Below, in pieces: positions 28,028 to 38,094 of a stretch of 64,000 nucleotides of DNA (position 1 is the stretch's first letter; each line of letters opens with the position of its first letter). Origin of the DNA: Candidatus Nanopelagicales bacterium (GTDB lineage Bacteria; Actinomycetota; Actinomycetes; S36-B12); contig JAURME010000119.1 in assembly GCA_030830865.1 (NCBI GenBank), positions 10,532 to 74,531 of the forward strand. Direction: 5' to 3'. The notes under the pieces are model-generated. The model saw nothing but the letters and a program-made list of their open reading frames with translations, was not told the DNA's origin and ran no database searches. The translations under genes were made by a program, and so were the position numbers.

Positions 28028-28884
28028 CGACCACCCTCGTGCACACCGGGGCAGATCTCCGGGCCGCCTACGCCACCCGACCGACTGCCACCCGTGCCGT
28101 CGTCATGACCATGGGCGCCCTCCACGAGGGGCACGCCTCGCTCATCCGCGACGCCCGTGCACGCGTCGGCTCTGAGGGCCTCGTCGTGGTCACCGACTTC
28201 GTCAATCCGACCCAGTTCGCGCAAGGCGAGGACTTCGAGGCGTATCCCCGCACGTTGGACGACGACGTCCGGATCGCCGACGCCGCCGGAGCGGACCTGG
28301 TCCTGGCGCCGAGTGCGACGGAGGTCTACGGCGACGGTGGCGGTTTCCGGCCCGACTCCGTCACGGTCGACCCCGGTCCGCTGGGCGACATCCTCGAGGG
28401 CGCCTCGCGTCCCGGTCACTTCCGTGGTGTCCTCACCGTCGTCGCGAAGCTGCTCGGCATCACCGCCCCGGACGTCGCCCTGTTCGGTGAGAAGGACTAC
28501 CAGCAACTCGTGCTCATCCGGCGCATGGTCGCCGACCTCTCGATGACCGTCGACGTGATCGGGGTCGAGACGGTCCGTGAGGACGACGGCCTCGCCATGA
28601 GCAGCCGCAATCGCTACCTGTCCCCGCAGGAACGCGCCACGGCCGCAGTCATCCCACTGGCCCTCGCCGCCGCCGCTGCTGCGGGCATCGATGGCCCGGA
28701 GGCCGCGATCGCGGCCGGCGTGGCGATCCTCCAGGAGGATCCGGCCATCGAGCTGGACTACCTCGTTGTCACCGATCCGGCCCTGGGCCCTGCCCCGACT
28801 GCGGGCGAGTCGCGCATCCTCGTGGCCGCGCTCGTGGGTTCGACGCGACTGATCGACAACAGGCCGGCAAGGATGGGTGCATGA
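28024..28884 (+). CDS. panC: pantoate--beta-alanine ligase
   Basis: MGALHEGHASL (HxGH) motif and FGEKDYQQ. Confidence 0.92.
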   Translation: MTTTLVHTGADLRAAYATRPTATRAVVMTMGALHEGHASLIRDARARVGSEGLVVVTDFVNPTQFAQGEDFEAYPRTLDDDVRIADAAGADLVLAPSATEVYGDGGGFRPDSVTVDPGPLGDILEGASRPGHFRGVLTVVAKLLGITAPDVALFGEKDYQQLVLIRRMVADLSMTVDVIGVETVREDDGLAMSSRNRYLSPQERATAAVIPLALAAAAAAGIDGPEAAIAAGVAILQEDPAIELDYLVVTDPALGPAPTAGESRILVAALVGSTRLIDNRPARMGA

Positions 28885-30527
28885 CGACCGCGCGTCTGCC
28901 GCGCCGGCTGACGGCCGCGGAACCCGGCTGGACGGCCCGCGCCGACGTCATCGTCGTCGGTTCCGGCATCGCGGGCCTCACCGCGGCCCTGCGAGCCCGA
29001 CACCTCGGTCGCACCGTCCTGCTCGTCACCAAGGCGACTGTCGATGCTGGCTCCACGCGATGGGCGCAGGGCGGCATCGCTGCCGCGCTGTCGGAGGAGG
29101 ACTCCCCGGAGGAGCACCTGCACGACACCCTCGTCGCCGGCGTCGGCCTGTGCGATGACGACGCTGTGCGGGTGCTCGTCACGGAGGGCCCGGACGCCGT
29201 CCGCGAGCTCATCGACATCGGAGCCCGGTTCGACGTCGATGACAGTGGTGCCATCGCACTGACGCGCGAGGGTGGTCACCTGCGCGACCGCATCGCCCAT
29301 GCCGGCGGCGATGCGACGGGTGCGGAGATCTCCCGCGCACTCGTGGCCGCGGTGCAGCTCGACCTGGGCATCGAGATCATCGAGAACGCCCTCGCTCTCG
29401 ACCTCCTCGTCGACGACGCCGGTGCCGCACAGGGCGTCACCTTGCATGTCATGGGCTCGGGCCAGCGCGATGGCATCGGAGCGGCGCTCGCCCCCGCGGT
29501 GATCCTGGCTACCGGGGGCTTCGGCCAGGTGTTCGGCCAGACGACCAACCCGTACGTCTCCACCGGCGACGGTGTCGCTCTCTCCCTGCGTGCCGGGGCC
29601 GACATCGCCGATCTGGAGTTCGTGCAGTTCCACCCGACCGTCATGTGGCTCGGGCCGTTGGCCCAGGGCCAGCAGCCGCTGGTATCCGAGGCCGTGCGCG
29701 GCGAGGGTGCGATCCTGCTGGACTCCTCCGGTAAGCCCCTCATGCGCGGGCTGCACCCGCTCGAGGACCTCGCCCCCCGGGATGTGGTGGCGAAGGCGAT
29801 CATGCGCCGGATGCGCGAGGAGGGAACACCGCACGTGTGGCTCGACGGCCGCATGCTCGGGGCCGACACGTGGTTGCAGCGCTTCCCGACGATCCTCGAG
29901 AACTGCCGCACCCGAGGCATCGACCCGGTCACGGACCTCATCCCGGTGGCCCCCGCCCAGCACTATGTCTCGGGCGGTGTGCGCACGGACCTGTGGGGCC
30001 GGGCATCGATCCGGGGCCTGTACGCGTGTGGCGAGGTCGCGTGCACCGGGGTGCACGGCGCGAACCGGCTCGCGTCAAACTCCCTGCTCGAGGGCCTGGT
30101 CTTCGCCCGTCGCATCGTCACGGCGTTGGACGACGACCTCGTCGAGCGTGAGCCGGAGGAGTCGGACGGTCCCGACGGCCTGCTCACGCATGCGATCCGT
30201 CGGCCGATGCAGCAGGTCATGGATGTCGAGGCGGGTGTCCTGCGCAGCGCGGACTCGCTCGCCTCGGCCGCTGCGAGCCTGGCCCACCTCGGAGCCTCCG
30301 GCGGCTCGCGGCCATCCACGGAGGACTGGGAGACGACGAACCTGCACCAGATCTCGACCGTGCTCGTGCACCATGCGGCGATCCGCGAGGAGACCCGGGG
30401 ATCCCACTGGCGCGAGGACTTCCCGGAGCGCGACGATGCCCGCTGGCGGGTGCACCTCGTCACCCGACTGTCGGAGGATGGGACGCTGGTCACCCGCGAG
30501 GAACCCGTGAGAGGGGCCCAGGAGTGA
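28881..30527 (+). CDS. nadB: L-aspartate oxidase
   Basis: FAD motif VVGSGIAGL, RWAQGGIAA, and HGANRLASNSLLEG. Confidence 0.92.
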   Translation: MTTARLPRRLTAAEPGWTARADVIVVGSGIAGLTAALRARHLGRTVLLVTKATVDAGSTRWAQGGIAAALSEEDSPEEHLHDTLVAGVGLCDDDAVRVLVTEGPDAVRELIDIGARFDVDDSGAIALTREGGHLRDRIAHAGGDATGAEISRALVAAVQLDLGIEIIENALALDLLVDDAGAAQGVTLHVMGSGQRDGIGAALAPAVILATGGFGQVFGQTTNPYVSTGDGVALSLRAGADIADLEFVQFHPTVMWLGPLAQGQQPLVSEAVRGEGAILLDSSGKPLMRGLHPLEDLAPRDVVAKAIMRRMREEGTPHVWLDGRMLGADTWLQRFPTILENCRTRGIDPVTDLIPVAPAQHYVSGGVRTDLWGRASIRGLYACGEVACTGVHGANRLASNSLLEGLVFARRIVTALDDDLVEREPEESDGPDGLLTHAIRRPMQQVMDVEAGVLRSADSLASAAASLAHLGASGGSRPSTEDWETTNLHQISTVLVHHAAIREETRGSHWREDFPERDDARWRVHLVTRLSEDGTLVTREEPVRGAQE

Positions 30528-31423
30528 GTGACACAGCGCAGTGGCCGCTCGGTGTTCGGGTGATGCTCGAGTCCGAGGGCCTCGACCTTGCTGTCATCGC
30601 AGCGATCATCGACCTCGCCCTCGACGAGGACCTCGATGGCGGCGTGGATGTCACGACCGTCGCCACAGTGTCGCCCGATCAGCGTGCGACGCTCGACCTC
30701 GTCGCCCGTCGACCCGGGGTGACCGCCGGGGCTCCCGTGGCTGCGGCGGTATTCGCCGAGGTCTGCGGTGACGACTGCGTCATCGACATCCGTACACCGG
30801 ACGGCTCGCGGGTCGAGCCGGGCGCGGTCATCGTCTCGGTCACCGGCCGCACGCACGATCTGCTCCGCGCTGAGCGTCCGGCCCTGAACCTGCTCGGCCA
30901 CCTCAGCGGCATCGCTACCGCGACTCGCGAGTGGGTCGACCGCATCGCCGGCACGTCTGCAGCGATCCGCGACACCCGCAAGACCACCCCGGGCATGCGT
31001 CGGTTGGAGAAGTACGCCGTGCGCTGCGGCGGGGGCGTGAACCACCGCATGTCGTTGTCCGATGCGGCACTCGTCAAGGACAACCACGTCGTCGCCGCCG
31101 GCGGAGTGGCTGAGGCCTTCGACCTGGTGCGCACCCGCTTTCCCGGTGTCGACATCGAGGTCGAGGTCGACTCCCTCGACCAGCTCGACGAGGTCCTCGA
31201 CGCGGGTGCGGACCTCGTGCTGCTCGACAACTTCACGCCCGACGAGATGCGCGAGGCGGTCGCTCGCACTGCGGGGCACGCCCGCCTCGAGGCTTCGGGC
31301 GGACTGTCCCTCGACGTCGCCGCTGAGGTCGCCGGCACCGGGGTGGACTACCTTGCGGTCGGAGCCCTCACCCATTCGGCCCCGGTGCTCGACATCGGTG
31401 CTGACCTGCGTCAGGAGTCGTAG
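30524..31423 (+). CDS. nadC: nicotinate-nucleotide pyrophosphorylase (carboxylating)
   Basis: RKTTPGMR and VKDNH motifs. 4-nt overlap with nadB. Confidence 0.9.
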   Translation: MSDTAQWPLGVRVMLESEGLDLAVIAAIIDLALDEDLDGGVDVTTVATVSPDQRATLDLVARRPGVTAGAPVAAAVFAEVCGDDCVIDIRTPDGSRVEPGAVIVSVTGRTHDLLRAERPALNLLGHLSGIATATREWVDRIAGTSAAIRDTRKTTPGMRRLEKYAVRCGGGVNHRMSLSDAALVKDNHVVAAGGVAEAFDLVRTRFPGVDIEVEVDSLDQLDEVLDAGADLVLLDNFTPDEMREAVARTAGHARLEASGGLSLDVAAEVAGTGVDYLAVGALTHSAPVLDIGADLRQES

Positions 31424-32181
31424 TGCTGCTCGCCATCGATGTCGGCAACACCAACACCGTCCTCGGGCTGTTCGACGGGGACGGGCTCGGCCACTCGTGG
31501 CGGATCAAGACGGACTCGCGTGCTACCGCGGACGAGATGGCCCTGACGTTCCGCGGGCTGCTCGCCGATGTCGACGACGTCACCGGCATCGCCCTGTGCA
31601 GCACGGTGCCAGCGGTCCTCCGGGAGATGCGCGGCATGCTCAGCCGCTACTTCAGTGGCGTCACCACGGTGATCGTCGAGCCGGGGACCAAGACCGGCGT
31701 TCCGGTGCTGACCGACAACCCGAAGGAGGTCGGCGCCGACCGCATCGTCAACACGATCGCCGCGCACCACCTGTTCGGCGGCCCCTGCATCGTCGTGGAC
31801 TTCGGCACGTCAACCAACCTCGACGTTGTCTCGGCCAAGGGCGAGTTCCTCGGCGGGGCCCTCGCGCCGGGTGTCGAGATCTCCCTGGATGCTCTCGCGC
31901 AGCGCGCGGCCCAACTGCGCAAGGTCGAGCTCGTCGCTCCCAGGTCCGTCATCGGCAAGAACACGGTGGAGGCGCTGCAGTCCGGCGCGCTGTACGGCTT
32001 CGCCGGTCAGGTCGACGGCCTCGTCGACCGCATCGTCGAGGAGATCGGTGACGTCACCGCGGTGATCGCCACGGGCGGGCTGTCGTCGATCGTGGTTCCG
32101 GAGTCACAGACGATCACGCACCATGAGCCCGACCTCACGCTGGTCGGCCTGCGCCTGGTGTACGAGAAGAACGTCGACTGA
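31423..32181 (+). CDS. coaX: type III pantothenate kinase
   Basis: N-terminal LLAIDVGNTNT motif. The GTG start overlaps the nadC TAG. Confidence 0.9.
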   Translation: MLLAIDVGNTNTVLGLFDGDGLGHSWRIKTDSRATADEMALTFRGLLADVDDVTGIALCSTVPAVLREMRGMLSRYFSGVTTVIVEPGTKTGVPVLTDNPKEVGADRIVNTIAAHHLFGGPCIVVDFGTSTNLDVVSAKGEFLGGALAPGVEISLDALAQRAAQLRKVELVAPRSVIGKNTVEALQSGALYGFAGQVDGLVDRIVEEIGDVTAVIATGGLSSIVVPESQTITHHEPDLTLVGLRLVYEKNVD

Positions 32182-32190
32182 CCGCTGCAC

Positions 32191-32218
32191 CTCGTAGCCA
32201 CGCCCGAGTGGCTACGAG
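32191..32218. terminator. bidirectional stem-loop between coaX and the convergent HAD gene
   Basis: CTCGTAGCCAC (32191-32201) pairs perfectly with GTGGCTACGAG (32208-32218), with a 6-nt loop. Confidence 0.6.
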
Positions 32219-32931
32219 TTGTACCCGTGGACCAGGGCGGTGACGGCGGCGAGGCCGTGCACCCTGCCCGCGGTCCGCGGCAGGATCAATGTTCGCATGC
32301 CGAGATGGGTCGCCCCGCCGTCGTCGTTGGCGTTGTCGCCGACCATGAGGACGTCCGCGGCCGGCATGCCGAGCCGCTCCAGCGCGATCTCGAAGATCCG
32401 GCGCTGCGGCTTCACGCAGCCCACTTCGTAGGACAGCACCATCTCGTCGTACAGGCCGGTGACTCCCTCGCGGTCGAGGACGTCCCGGATGGGCACCCCT
32501 GCGTTCGACAGCAGGCACGTGCGGATCCCGGCATCACGCAGGTCACGGAGCATGGGCACGGTGTCGTCGTAGGCGTGCCAGGTGCTGAGCATGACGTCGT
32601 ACAGGGCATCGGCCAGCGGGCGATCGACTCCGGGACCAGCCTCGATCAGCTCGTGGAAGACCCGATGGTGGTCCTCGAAGGACAGATCGCGTGAGCTCTC
32701 CGGGTCACTGATGCGGGCTCCCTCCCAGATGCGGTCGAGGAAGGCGACGAGCTCCTCCCGGCGGTCGTCGGTGACCGGGTGGGGGGCCACCGCGAGGGCG
32801 GCGTCGAGCCACGAGTCCGCATCCCCCTGGTCCACGAGCGTGGAGTGGATGTCGAAGATCACCCCACGGATCGGCTGCGGAGTGGGCCATTCCGGGTGTC
32901 GGGGGGCGAGTGTCGCGGGGCCGTGGGTCAT
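32212..32931 (-). CDS. HAD-superfamily hydrolase
   Basis: Motif [11 protein letters not shown] (note D-x-H instead of D-x-D), motif II LLSNAG, motif [10 protein letters not shown]. Confidence 0.8.
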   Translation of the reverse strand: MTHGPATLAPRHPEWPTPQPIRGVIFDIHSTLVDQGDADSWLDAALAVAPHPVTDDRREELVAFLDRIWEGARISDPESSRDLSFEDHHRVFHELIEAGPGVDRPLADALYDVMLSTWHAYDDTVPMLRDLRDAGIRTCLLSNAGVPIRDVLDREGVTGLYDEMVLSYEVGCVKPQRRIFEIALERLGMPAADVLMVGDNANDDGGATHLGMRTLILPRTAGRVHGLAAVTALVHGYNS

Positions 32932-32955
32932 GCGCGAAGCCTAGGAGGCATAGCC

Positions 32956-34506
32956 TTGTCGGCTGTGACGAGTGACGTGATGGCCGGCGATCCGGTGAAC
33001 CCCGACCCGGCGACCCCTGACGTGGACGATGATCTGCCCGAGCAGATGCGCATTCGTCGCGACAAGAGGGACCAGCTCGCGGCTCGCGGTATGGAGCCCT
33101 ACGCGATCGGGCTGCCCATCACCACGACGATCGCCGCGGTACGCGCCGCCCATCCCGACCTCGAGGCTGACGTCGCCACGGGCGAGAAGGTCGGCATCGC
33201 GGGCCGCGTGATCTTCCAGCGCAACACCGGCAAGCTCTGCTTCGCGACCCTGCGGGCCGGCGACGGCACCGAGATCCAGGCGATGCTCTCCCTTGCGAGT
33301 GTCGGCGAGGAGGCCCTTCAGTCATGGAAGGACCTCGTCGACATCGGCGACCACGTCTTCGTCGCAGGAGAGGTCATCACCAGCAAGCGGGGCGAGCTCT
33401 CGGTGATGGCCGATGAGTGGCGAATGGCGTCCAAGTCGCTTCGCCCCCTGCCGGTCGCGCACAAGCCCCTGAATGAGGAGACGCGGGTGCGTCAGCGCTA
33501 CGTCGACCTCATCGTGCGGCCGGAGGCCCAGAAGGTCGCCCGCACTCGGGTGGAGGTCCTGGCATCGGTCCGCAGGAGCATGTCGGAGCGCGGCTTCCTC
33601 GAGATCGAGACGCCGATGCTGCAGACACTGCACGGTGGTGCAGCCGCACGGCCGTTTGTCACACACTCCAATGCGTTCGACATCGACCTCTTCCTGCGCA
33701 TCGCGCCAGAGCTGTTCCTCAAGCGCGCCGTCGTCGGTGGCCTGGAGCGAGTGTTCGAGGTCAACCGCAACTTCCGCAACGAGGGCGCCGACCGAACGCA
33801 CTCGCCGGAGTTCACGATGCTGGAGTTCTACGCCCAGTACCTGGACTACCGCGACGTCGCGCGCATCACCCGGGAGCTGTACCAGGAGGCGGCCCAGTCA
33901 GCCATCGGCTCGCTGACCGTCGATCACCCCGACGGAACGGTGCTGGACCTGTCGGGTGAGTGGCCGGAGATCGACCTGTTTGAGTCGCTGTCCGAGGCGA
34001 TCGGCGAGGAGATCACGCCGGAGACCCCCCGAGAGCACCTCGTCATGCTCTGCGATCAGCAGGACATCGCCTTCCATCCCACGGCCGTCGCCGGGAAGCT
34101 GGCCGAGGAACTGTTCGAACACTACGTTGTGCCGACGCTGGTGAATCCGGTGTTCGTCATGGACTACCCGGTCGACACCTCCCCGCTCGTGCGCGGGCAC
34201 CGAACCAAAGCCGGCGTGGTCGAGAAGTGGGACCTCTACATCAATCGCATGGAGTCGGGCACCGGCTACTCCGAGCTCGTGGACCCTGTCATCCAGCGTG
34301 AGCGGCTCGTGGAGCAGGCCTCGCTGGCGGATCGCGGCGATGATGAGGCCATGCACCTCGATGAGGACTTTCTGCGCGCAATGGAGCACGGCATGCCGCC
34401 GATGGGCGGTGTCGGCGTCGGCGTCGATCGCATGCTCATGGCCCTCACCGGGCTGGGCATCCGCGAGACGATCCTGTTCCCGCTCGTGAAGCCGGGGCAG
34501 TCATGA
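32956..34506 (+). CDS. lysS: lysine--tRNA ligase (class II)
   Basis: [20 protein letters not shown] (motif 2) and [12 protein letters not shown]-like motif 3. TTG at 32956 lies 7 nt after AGGAGG. ATG at 32980 is an equally possible start. Confidence 0.9.
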   Translation: MSAVTSDVMAGDPVNPDPATPDVDDDLPEQMRIRRDKRDQLAARGMEPYAIGLPITTTIAAVRAAHPDLEADVATGEKVGIAGRVIFQRNTGKLCFATLRAGDGTEIQAMLSLASVGEEALQSWKDLVDIGDHVFVAGEVITSKRGELSVMADEWRMASKSLRPLPVAHKPLNEETRVRQRYVDLIVRPEAQKVARTRVEVLASVRRSMSERGFLEIETPMLQTLHGGAAARPFVTHSNAFDIDLFLRIAPELFLKRAVVGGLERVFEVNRNFRNEGADRTHSPEFTMLEFYAQYLDYRDVARITRELYQEAAQSAIGSLTVDHPDGTVLDLSGEWPEIDLFESLSEAIGEEITPETPREHLVMLCDQQDIAFHPTAVAGKLAEELFEHYVVPTLVNPVFVMDYPVDTSPLVRGHRTKAGVVEKWDLYINRMESGTGYSELVDPVIQRERLVEQASLADRGDDEAMHLDEDFLRAMEHGMPPMGGVGVGVDRMLMALTGLGIRETILFPLVKPGQS

Positions 34507-35006
34507 GCGTCGACATCCTCATCCGCCCGGCGCGCACCGGCGACGTGCGCGCGATCCGCTCGCTGATCGACGTCTACTCCCCGGACGGGCGTCTGCTGTC
34601 CAAGGCCACGGTCACGCTGTTCGAGGACATCCAGGAGTTCCTGGTGGCTGAGAGGGACGGTCGGGTCGTCGGCTGCGGTGCCTTCCATGTCATGTGGGAG
34701 GACCTCGGCGAGGTGCGCACGCTGGCGGTGGATCCGGACCTGGCCGGTCGCGGGATCGGATCGAGCCTGCTGGTCGCCCTCATGGACCGGGCGCGGGCCG
34801 TCGGGGTGCGGCGCGTGTTCTGCCTGACCTTCGCCGTTCCCTTCTTCCAACGGCACGGCTTCGTGGAGATCGACGACACCCCGATCGAGCACGATGTCTA
34901 CGAGCAACTGCTGCAGTCGTACGACGAGGGTGTCGCGGAGTTCCTCGGTCTCGAGCGCGTCAAGCCCAACACCCTCGGCAACCATCGGATGCTGGCCACG
35001 CTGTGA
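34503..35006 (+). CDS. GNAT-family (amino-acid) N-acetyltransferase
   Basis: Acetyl-CoA motif [21 protein letters not shown] overlap with lysS. Confidence 0.85.
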   Translation: MSVDILIRPARTGDVRAIRSLIDVYSPDGRLLSKATVTLFEDIQEFLVAERDGRVVGCGAFHVMWEDLGEVRTLAVDPDLAGRGIGSSLLVALMDRARAVGVRRVFCLTFAVPFFQRHGFVEIDDTPIEHDVYEQLLQSYDEGVAEFLGLERVKPNTLGNHRMLATL

Positions 35007-35755
35007 GGCGCGCGGTGCTGGGGCTCGCAGCCGCCGCGCTGACGGTGGCTGGAGCCGTTCCCGTGCATGCGGCCCCTGACGCCAAGCCCCTCGCCGGCAC
35101 GGTCGTCCTGCTCGATCCCGGGCACCAGCTCGGCAACTCGAATCCCAAGTTCAGCAAGCAGATGGCCCAGAAGAAGTTCAACGGCACCACGGTCAAGGGC
35201 TGCAACACGACGGGCACCGCCACCAACTCCGGCTACCCGGAGGCGACGTTCAACTGGAAGGTCGCCAAACGGCTGAAGCGACTGCTCGAGCAGCAGGGTG
35301 CGCGAGTGGAGCTCACGCGCAGCACCAACTCCTACAACGCGTGGGGTCCATGCGTGTGGGACCGGGCGAAGCAGGCCAACCGCATCGGCGCGGACATCAT
35401 GGTCAACATCCACGCGGATGGGGCACCGGCCAAGGACCACGGCTTCTTCGTGCTCGCCCCGGGTTTGGTCAAGGGATGGACGGAGGACGTCGTGAAGCCC
35501 GGCCGGAAGCTGGCGAACGCGATGATCGCGGGGATGACGGCGGCCGGTGCTCCTCCGTCGAACTACATCGCGAACCAGCTGATGATCTCGACCAACACGA
35601 CGGGTCTGAACTTCAGCGACGTCCCAGCGGTCACCGTCGAGCTGGGCAACATGCGCAATGCCGGCGATGCCCAGCGCATGACGAGCAAGGCCGGTCAGCG
35701 CCAGTACGCGCAGTGGCTGCTCGCCGGTATCGATCGCTACTTCTCGCGCGGCTGA
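35003..35755 (+). CDS. N-acetylmuramoyl-L-alanine amidase (Amidase_3 type), secreted
   Basis: GTG at 35003 (GTGA overlap). Signal peptide ...AVPVHAAP. Motifs LLDPGHQ, NIHADG and VELGNM. Confidence 0.85.
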   Translation: MRRAVLGLAAAALTVAGAVPVHAAPDAKPLAGTVVLLDPGHQLGNSNPKFSKQMAQKKFNGTTVKGCNTTGTATNSGYPEATFNWKVAKRLKRLLEQQGARVELTRSTNSYNAWGPCVWDRAKQANRIGADIMVNIHADGAPAKDHGFFVLAPGLVKGWTEDVVKPGRKLANAMIAGMTAAGAPPSNYIANQLMISTNTTGLNFSDVPAVTVELGNMRNAGDAQRMTSKAGQRQYAQWLLAGIDRYFSRG

Positions 35756-36255
35756 TCGACGTCGAACGCCCCGAGGAGGCTGCGCAGCAGCGCGCTCAGT
35801 TCCGCCTGCTGGTTGAGGGGCAGGGACGCCAGAAGCTGCTGCTCGCGGGCGACGAGATCGACGAAGGCTGCGTCAACGCACGCTCGGCCGGATTCCGTGA
35901 GGACCACCCGGACGCCACGTCGGTCAGTCGGGTCCGGCTCGCGACGGACTAATCCGCGAGTCTCGAGTCGGTCGATCCGGTTGGTCATGGTCCCGCTGGT
36001 GACGAGGGTCTGGGCACCGAGCTGACCGGGGGAGAGGGCGTAGGGCTGGCCGGCGCGACGCAGGGCGGCGAGGACGTCGAACTCCCAGGTCTCGACCTCG
36101 TGCGCGGCGAAGGCCTGACGGCGGGCGTTGTCCAGCAGGCGCGACAGGCGGCTCACACGGGACAGCACCTGCAGCGGTGACACATCAAGGTCGGGGCGCT
36201 CGCGTCGCCAGGCGTCGGTGATGCGGTCGACCTCGTCCGCGGGGGGAGCCGTCAT
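35737..36255 (-). CDS. MarR-family transcriptional regulator
   Basis: Winged-HTH core FDVLAALRRAGQPYALSPGQLGAQTLVTSGTMTNRIDRLE. The 3' end overlaps the amidase 3' end (convergent). Confidence 0.85.
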   Translation of the reverse strand: MTAPPADEVDRITDAWRRERPDLDVSPLQVLSRVSRLSRLLDNARRQAFAAHEVETWEFDVLAALRRAGQPYALSPGQLGAQTLVTSGTMTNRIDRLETRGLVRREPDPTDRRGVRVVLTESGRACVDAAFVDLVAREQQLLASLPLNQQAELSALLRSLLGAFDVDQPREK

Positions 36256-36268
36256 GCCCCCATGCTAC

Positions 36269-36298
36269 GTCGAGATTCTCGACATCAAGATTCTTGAT
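36269..36298. promoter_or_regulatory. two abutting 15-bp perfect palindromes (operator and/or terminator candidates)
   Basis: GTCGAGAtTCTCGAC (36269-36283) and ATCAAGAtTCTTGAT (36284-36298) share the core AGATTCT. They lie between the TetR stop and the MarR start. Confidence 0.4.
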
Positions 36299-37044
36299 CA
36301 GTCGTGACGCACAGAGCGGGGCTTCGCCTCGAGGTTCTGCAGTCCGTTCCAGGCGAGGTTCACGAGGTGGCCGACGACCTCCTCCTTCTTCGGCTTGCGC
36401 ACGTCGAGCCACCACTGACCGGTCTGCGCCACCATGCCGACGAGCATCTGCGAGTAGAGAGGTGCCCATTTGGCCTGCATGCCGTGCGCTTTGAACTGCA
36501 CGGCGAGGAGATCATCGACCTGTTCGGCGACGTCGACGAGGAGCCCGGCGAAGGTGCCCTGCGCCGAGGAGTCGCGACCCTCGGGGGCGCGGGTCACCGG
36601 GGTGTCGCGCACGAGGATGCGGAAGCCGTCGGGGTCGCGGTCGATGAAGTCGAACAGGGCCATGCCGGCACGCTCGAGGAGGACGCGCGGGTGGATTCGC
36701 TCGTCCTTCGGGCTTGGGGCGGCCAATGCCTGGGTGATGGAGTCGAGCAGGTAGCCCATCTCGCGGTCGACGACGACGGCGTAGAGACCCTCCTTGCCGC
36801 CGAAGTGCTCGTACACGACGGGCTTGGACACGCCCGCCTTCGCCGCGATCTCCTCGACGCTGACAGCCTCGAAGCCCTTCTTCGCGAACAGCCTGCGCCC
36901 GATGTCGAGGAGCTGCTCGCGGCGCTCCTGCCCGCTCATGCGGACGCGCTCGCGAGGCTCGGCCCGACGCGGGGTGCGGGCGACTGGAGTCAGCTCGGTG
37001 ACGTTGGTGTCGCCGGGCTCCTGCTCGAGCGCCTGAGTCGTCAC
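36298..37044 (-). CDS. TetR/AcrR-family transcriptional regulator
   Basis: HTH motif VSVEEIAAKAGVSKPVVYEHFGGK. Lies 7 nt downstream of the desaturase gene on the same strand. Confidence 0.85.
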   Translation of the reverse strand: MTTQALEQEPGDTNVTELTPVARTPRRAEPRERVRMSGQERREQLLDIGRRLFAKKGFEAVSVEEIAAKAGVSKPVVYEHFGGKEGLYAVVVDREMGYLLDSITQALAAPSPKDERIHPRVLLERAGMALFDFIDRDPDGFRILVRDTPVTRAPEGRDSSAQGTFAGLLVDVAEQVDDLLAVQFKAHGMQAKWAPLYSQMLVGMVAQTGQWWLDVRKPKKEEVVGHLVNLAWNGLQNLEAKPRSVRHD

Positions 37045-37051
37045 GACGGCC

Positions 37052-38038
37052 TCAGACGGAGGTTGTACTGGGTGCGCGGTAGCCGCGAACTCGGTGCGCC
37101 ATCGCCGGGTCCTCGAGCTTCTTCACCAGACGCTCCGGTCTTGGCCACCGTACGTCGTACGCCAGATTCATGCGCTCCAGTGAGCTGATGATCGTCGCGC
37201 TGAGGTCGATCTGTCCCCTGAGGACGCCATGCCGTGCTGAGGTCGGCTCGACGTGGTGCAGGTTGTGCCAGGACTCACCGAAGGACGGGATGGCCAGCCA
37301 CCACACGTTGGACGAGAGGTCCCGAGAGTTGAAGGGTCTCGTCCCGAAGACGTGGCAGATGGAGTTGATGGACCACGTCACATGGTGGACGAAGGCGACG
37401 CGGATCAGACCGGCCCAGAAGAAGGCGGTGAGGGCTCCCATCCACGACCAGGTGATCAGGCCGCCCAACACCGCAGGCAGGAGGAAGGACGCGACGACGA
37501 CGGCCGGGAACCACCGCGAGATCGCATCGAGGTCCTTGTCGGCCTTCATGTCCGGGGCGTACTTGTCGATCGAGGTCTGCTCCTCGTCGAAGAGCCAGCC
37601 CACGTGCGCGTAGTACAGGCCCTTGGCGACAGCGCGCTTGGAGGTGCCGTAGCGCCACGGGGAGTGCGGGTCGCCGATTTCATCGGAGTACTTGTGGTGC
37701 TTGCGGTGGTCAGCCACCCACTGCTGGATCGAACCCTGAAGGGCCATGGATCCCGTCAGGGCGAGGAGAACCTTGATGAAGCGACCGGTCTTGAAGCTGC
37801 CATGGGTGAAGTAGCGGTGGAATCCGATGGTGATGCCCGAGGCCGTGATCCCCCAGAACAGGAGGGCGAGGGCGATGTCGACCCAGGACAGCCAGCCGCC
37901 CCACGCGACCGGGATCGCCGCGGCCACCGCGAGGAGGGGGACGACGATGAAGACGCCGATGGTGATGCGCATGGCGTTGCCCTGGAGTTGCACCTCCTCG
38001 GGACGGACCGGGCTGGTGATCTCCGGGGTCACGGTCAT
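37052..38038 (-). CDS. acyl-CoA (stearoyl-CoA-type) membrane fatty-acid desaturase
   Basis: Three histidine boxes: HRYFTH, HRKHHKYSD and HNLHHV. Has TM segments. Confidence 0.9.
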   Translation of the reverse strand: MTVTPEITSPVRPEEVQLQGNAMRITIGVFIVVPLLAVAAAIPVAWGGWLSWVDIALALLFWGITASGITIGFHRYFTHGSFKTGRFIKVLLALTGSMALQGSIQQWVADHRKHHKYSDEIGDPHSPWRYGTSKRAVAKGLYYAHVGWLFDEEQTSIDKYAPDMKADKDLDAISRWFPAVVVASFLLPAVLGGLITWSWMGALTAFFWAGLIRVAFVHHVTWSINSICHVFGTRPFNSRDLSSNVWWLAIPSFGESWHNLHHVEPTSARHGVLRGQIDLSATIISSLERMNLAYDVRWPRPERLVKKLEDPAMAHRVRGYRAPSTTSV

Positions 38039-38070
38039 GCGGAACCTCTCCTCTGCCGGGTTGACGGCGC

Positions 38071-38094
38071 GTAACTTACGGAACCGTAGGTTAC
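38071..38094. promoter_or_regulatory. inverted repeat in the desaturase-TetR promoter region (TetR operator candidate)
   Basis: GTAACTTACGG-AA-CCGTAGGTTAC has 11-bp arms with 1 mismatch. It lies 33-56 nt upstream of the desaturase start. An extra half-site-like CGTAGGTAC sits at 38100-38108. Confidence 0.4.
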
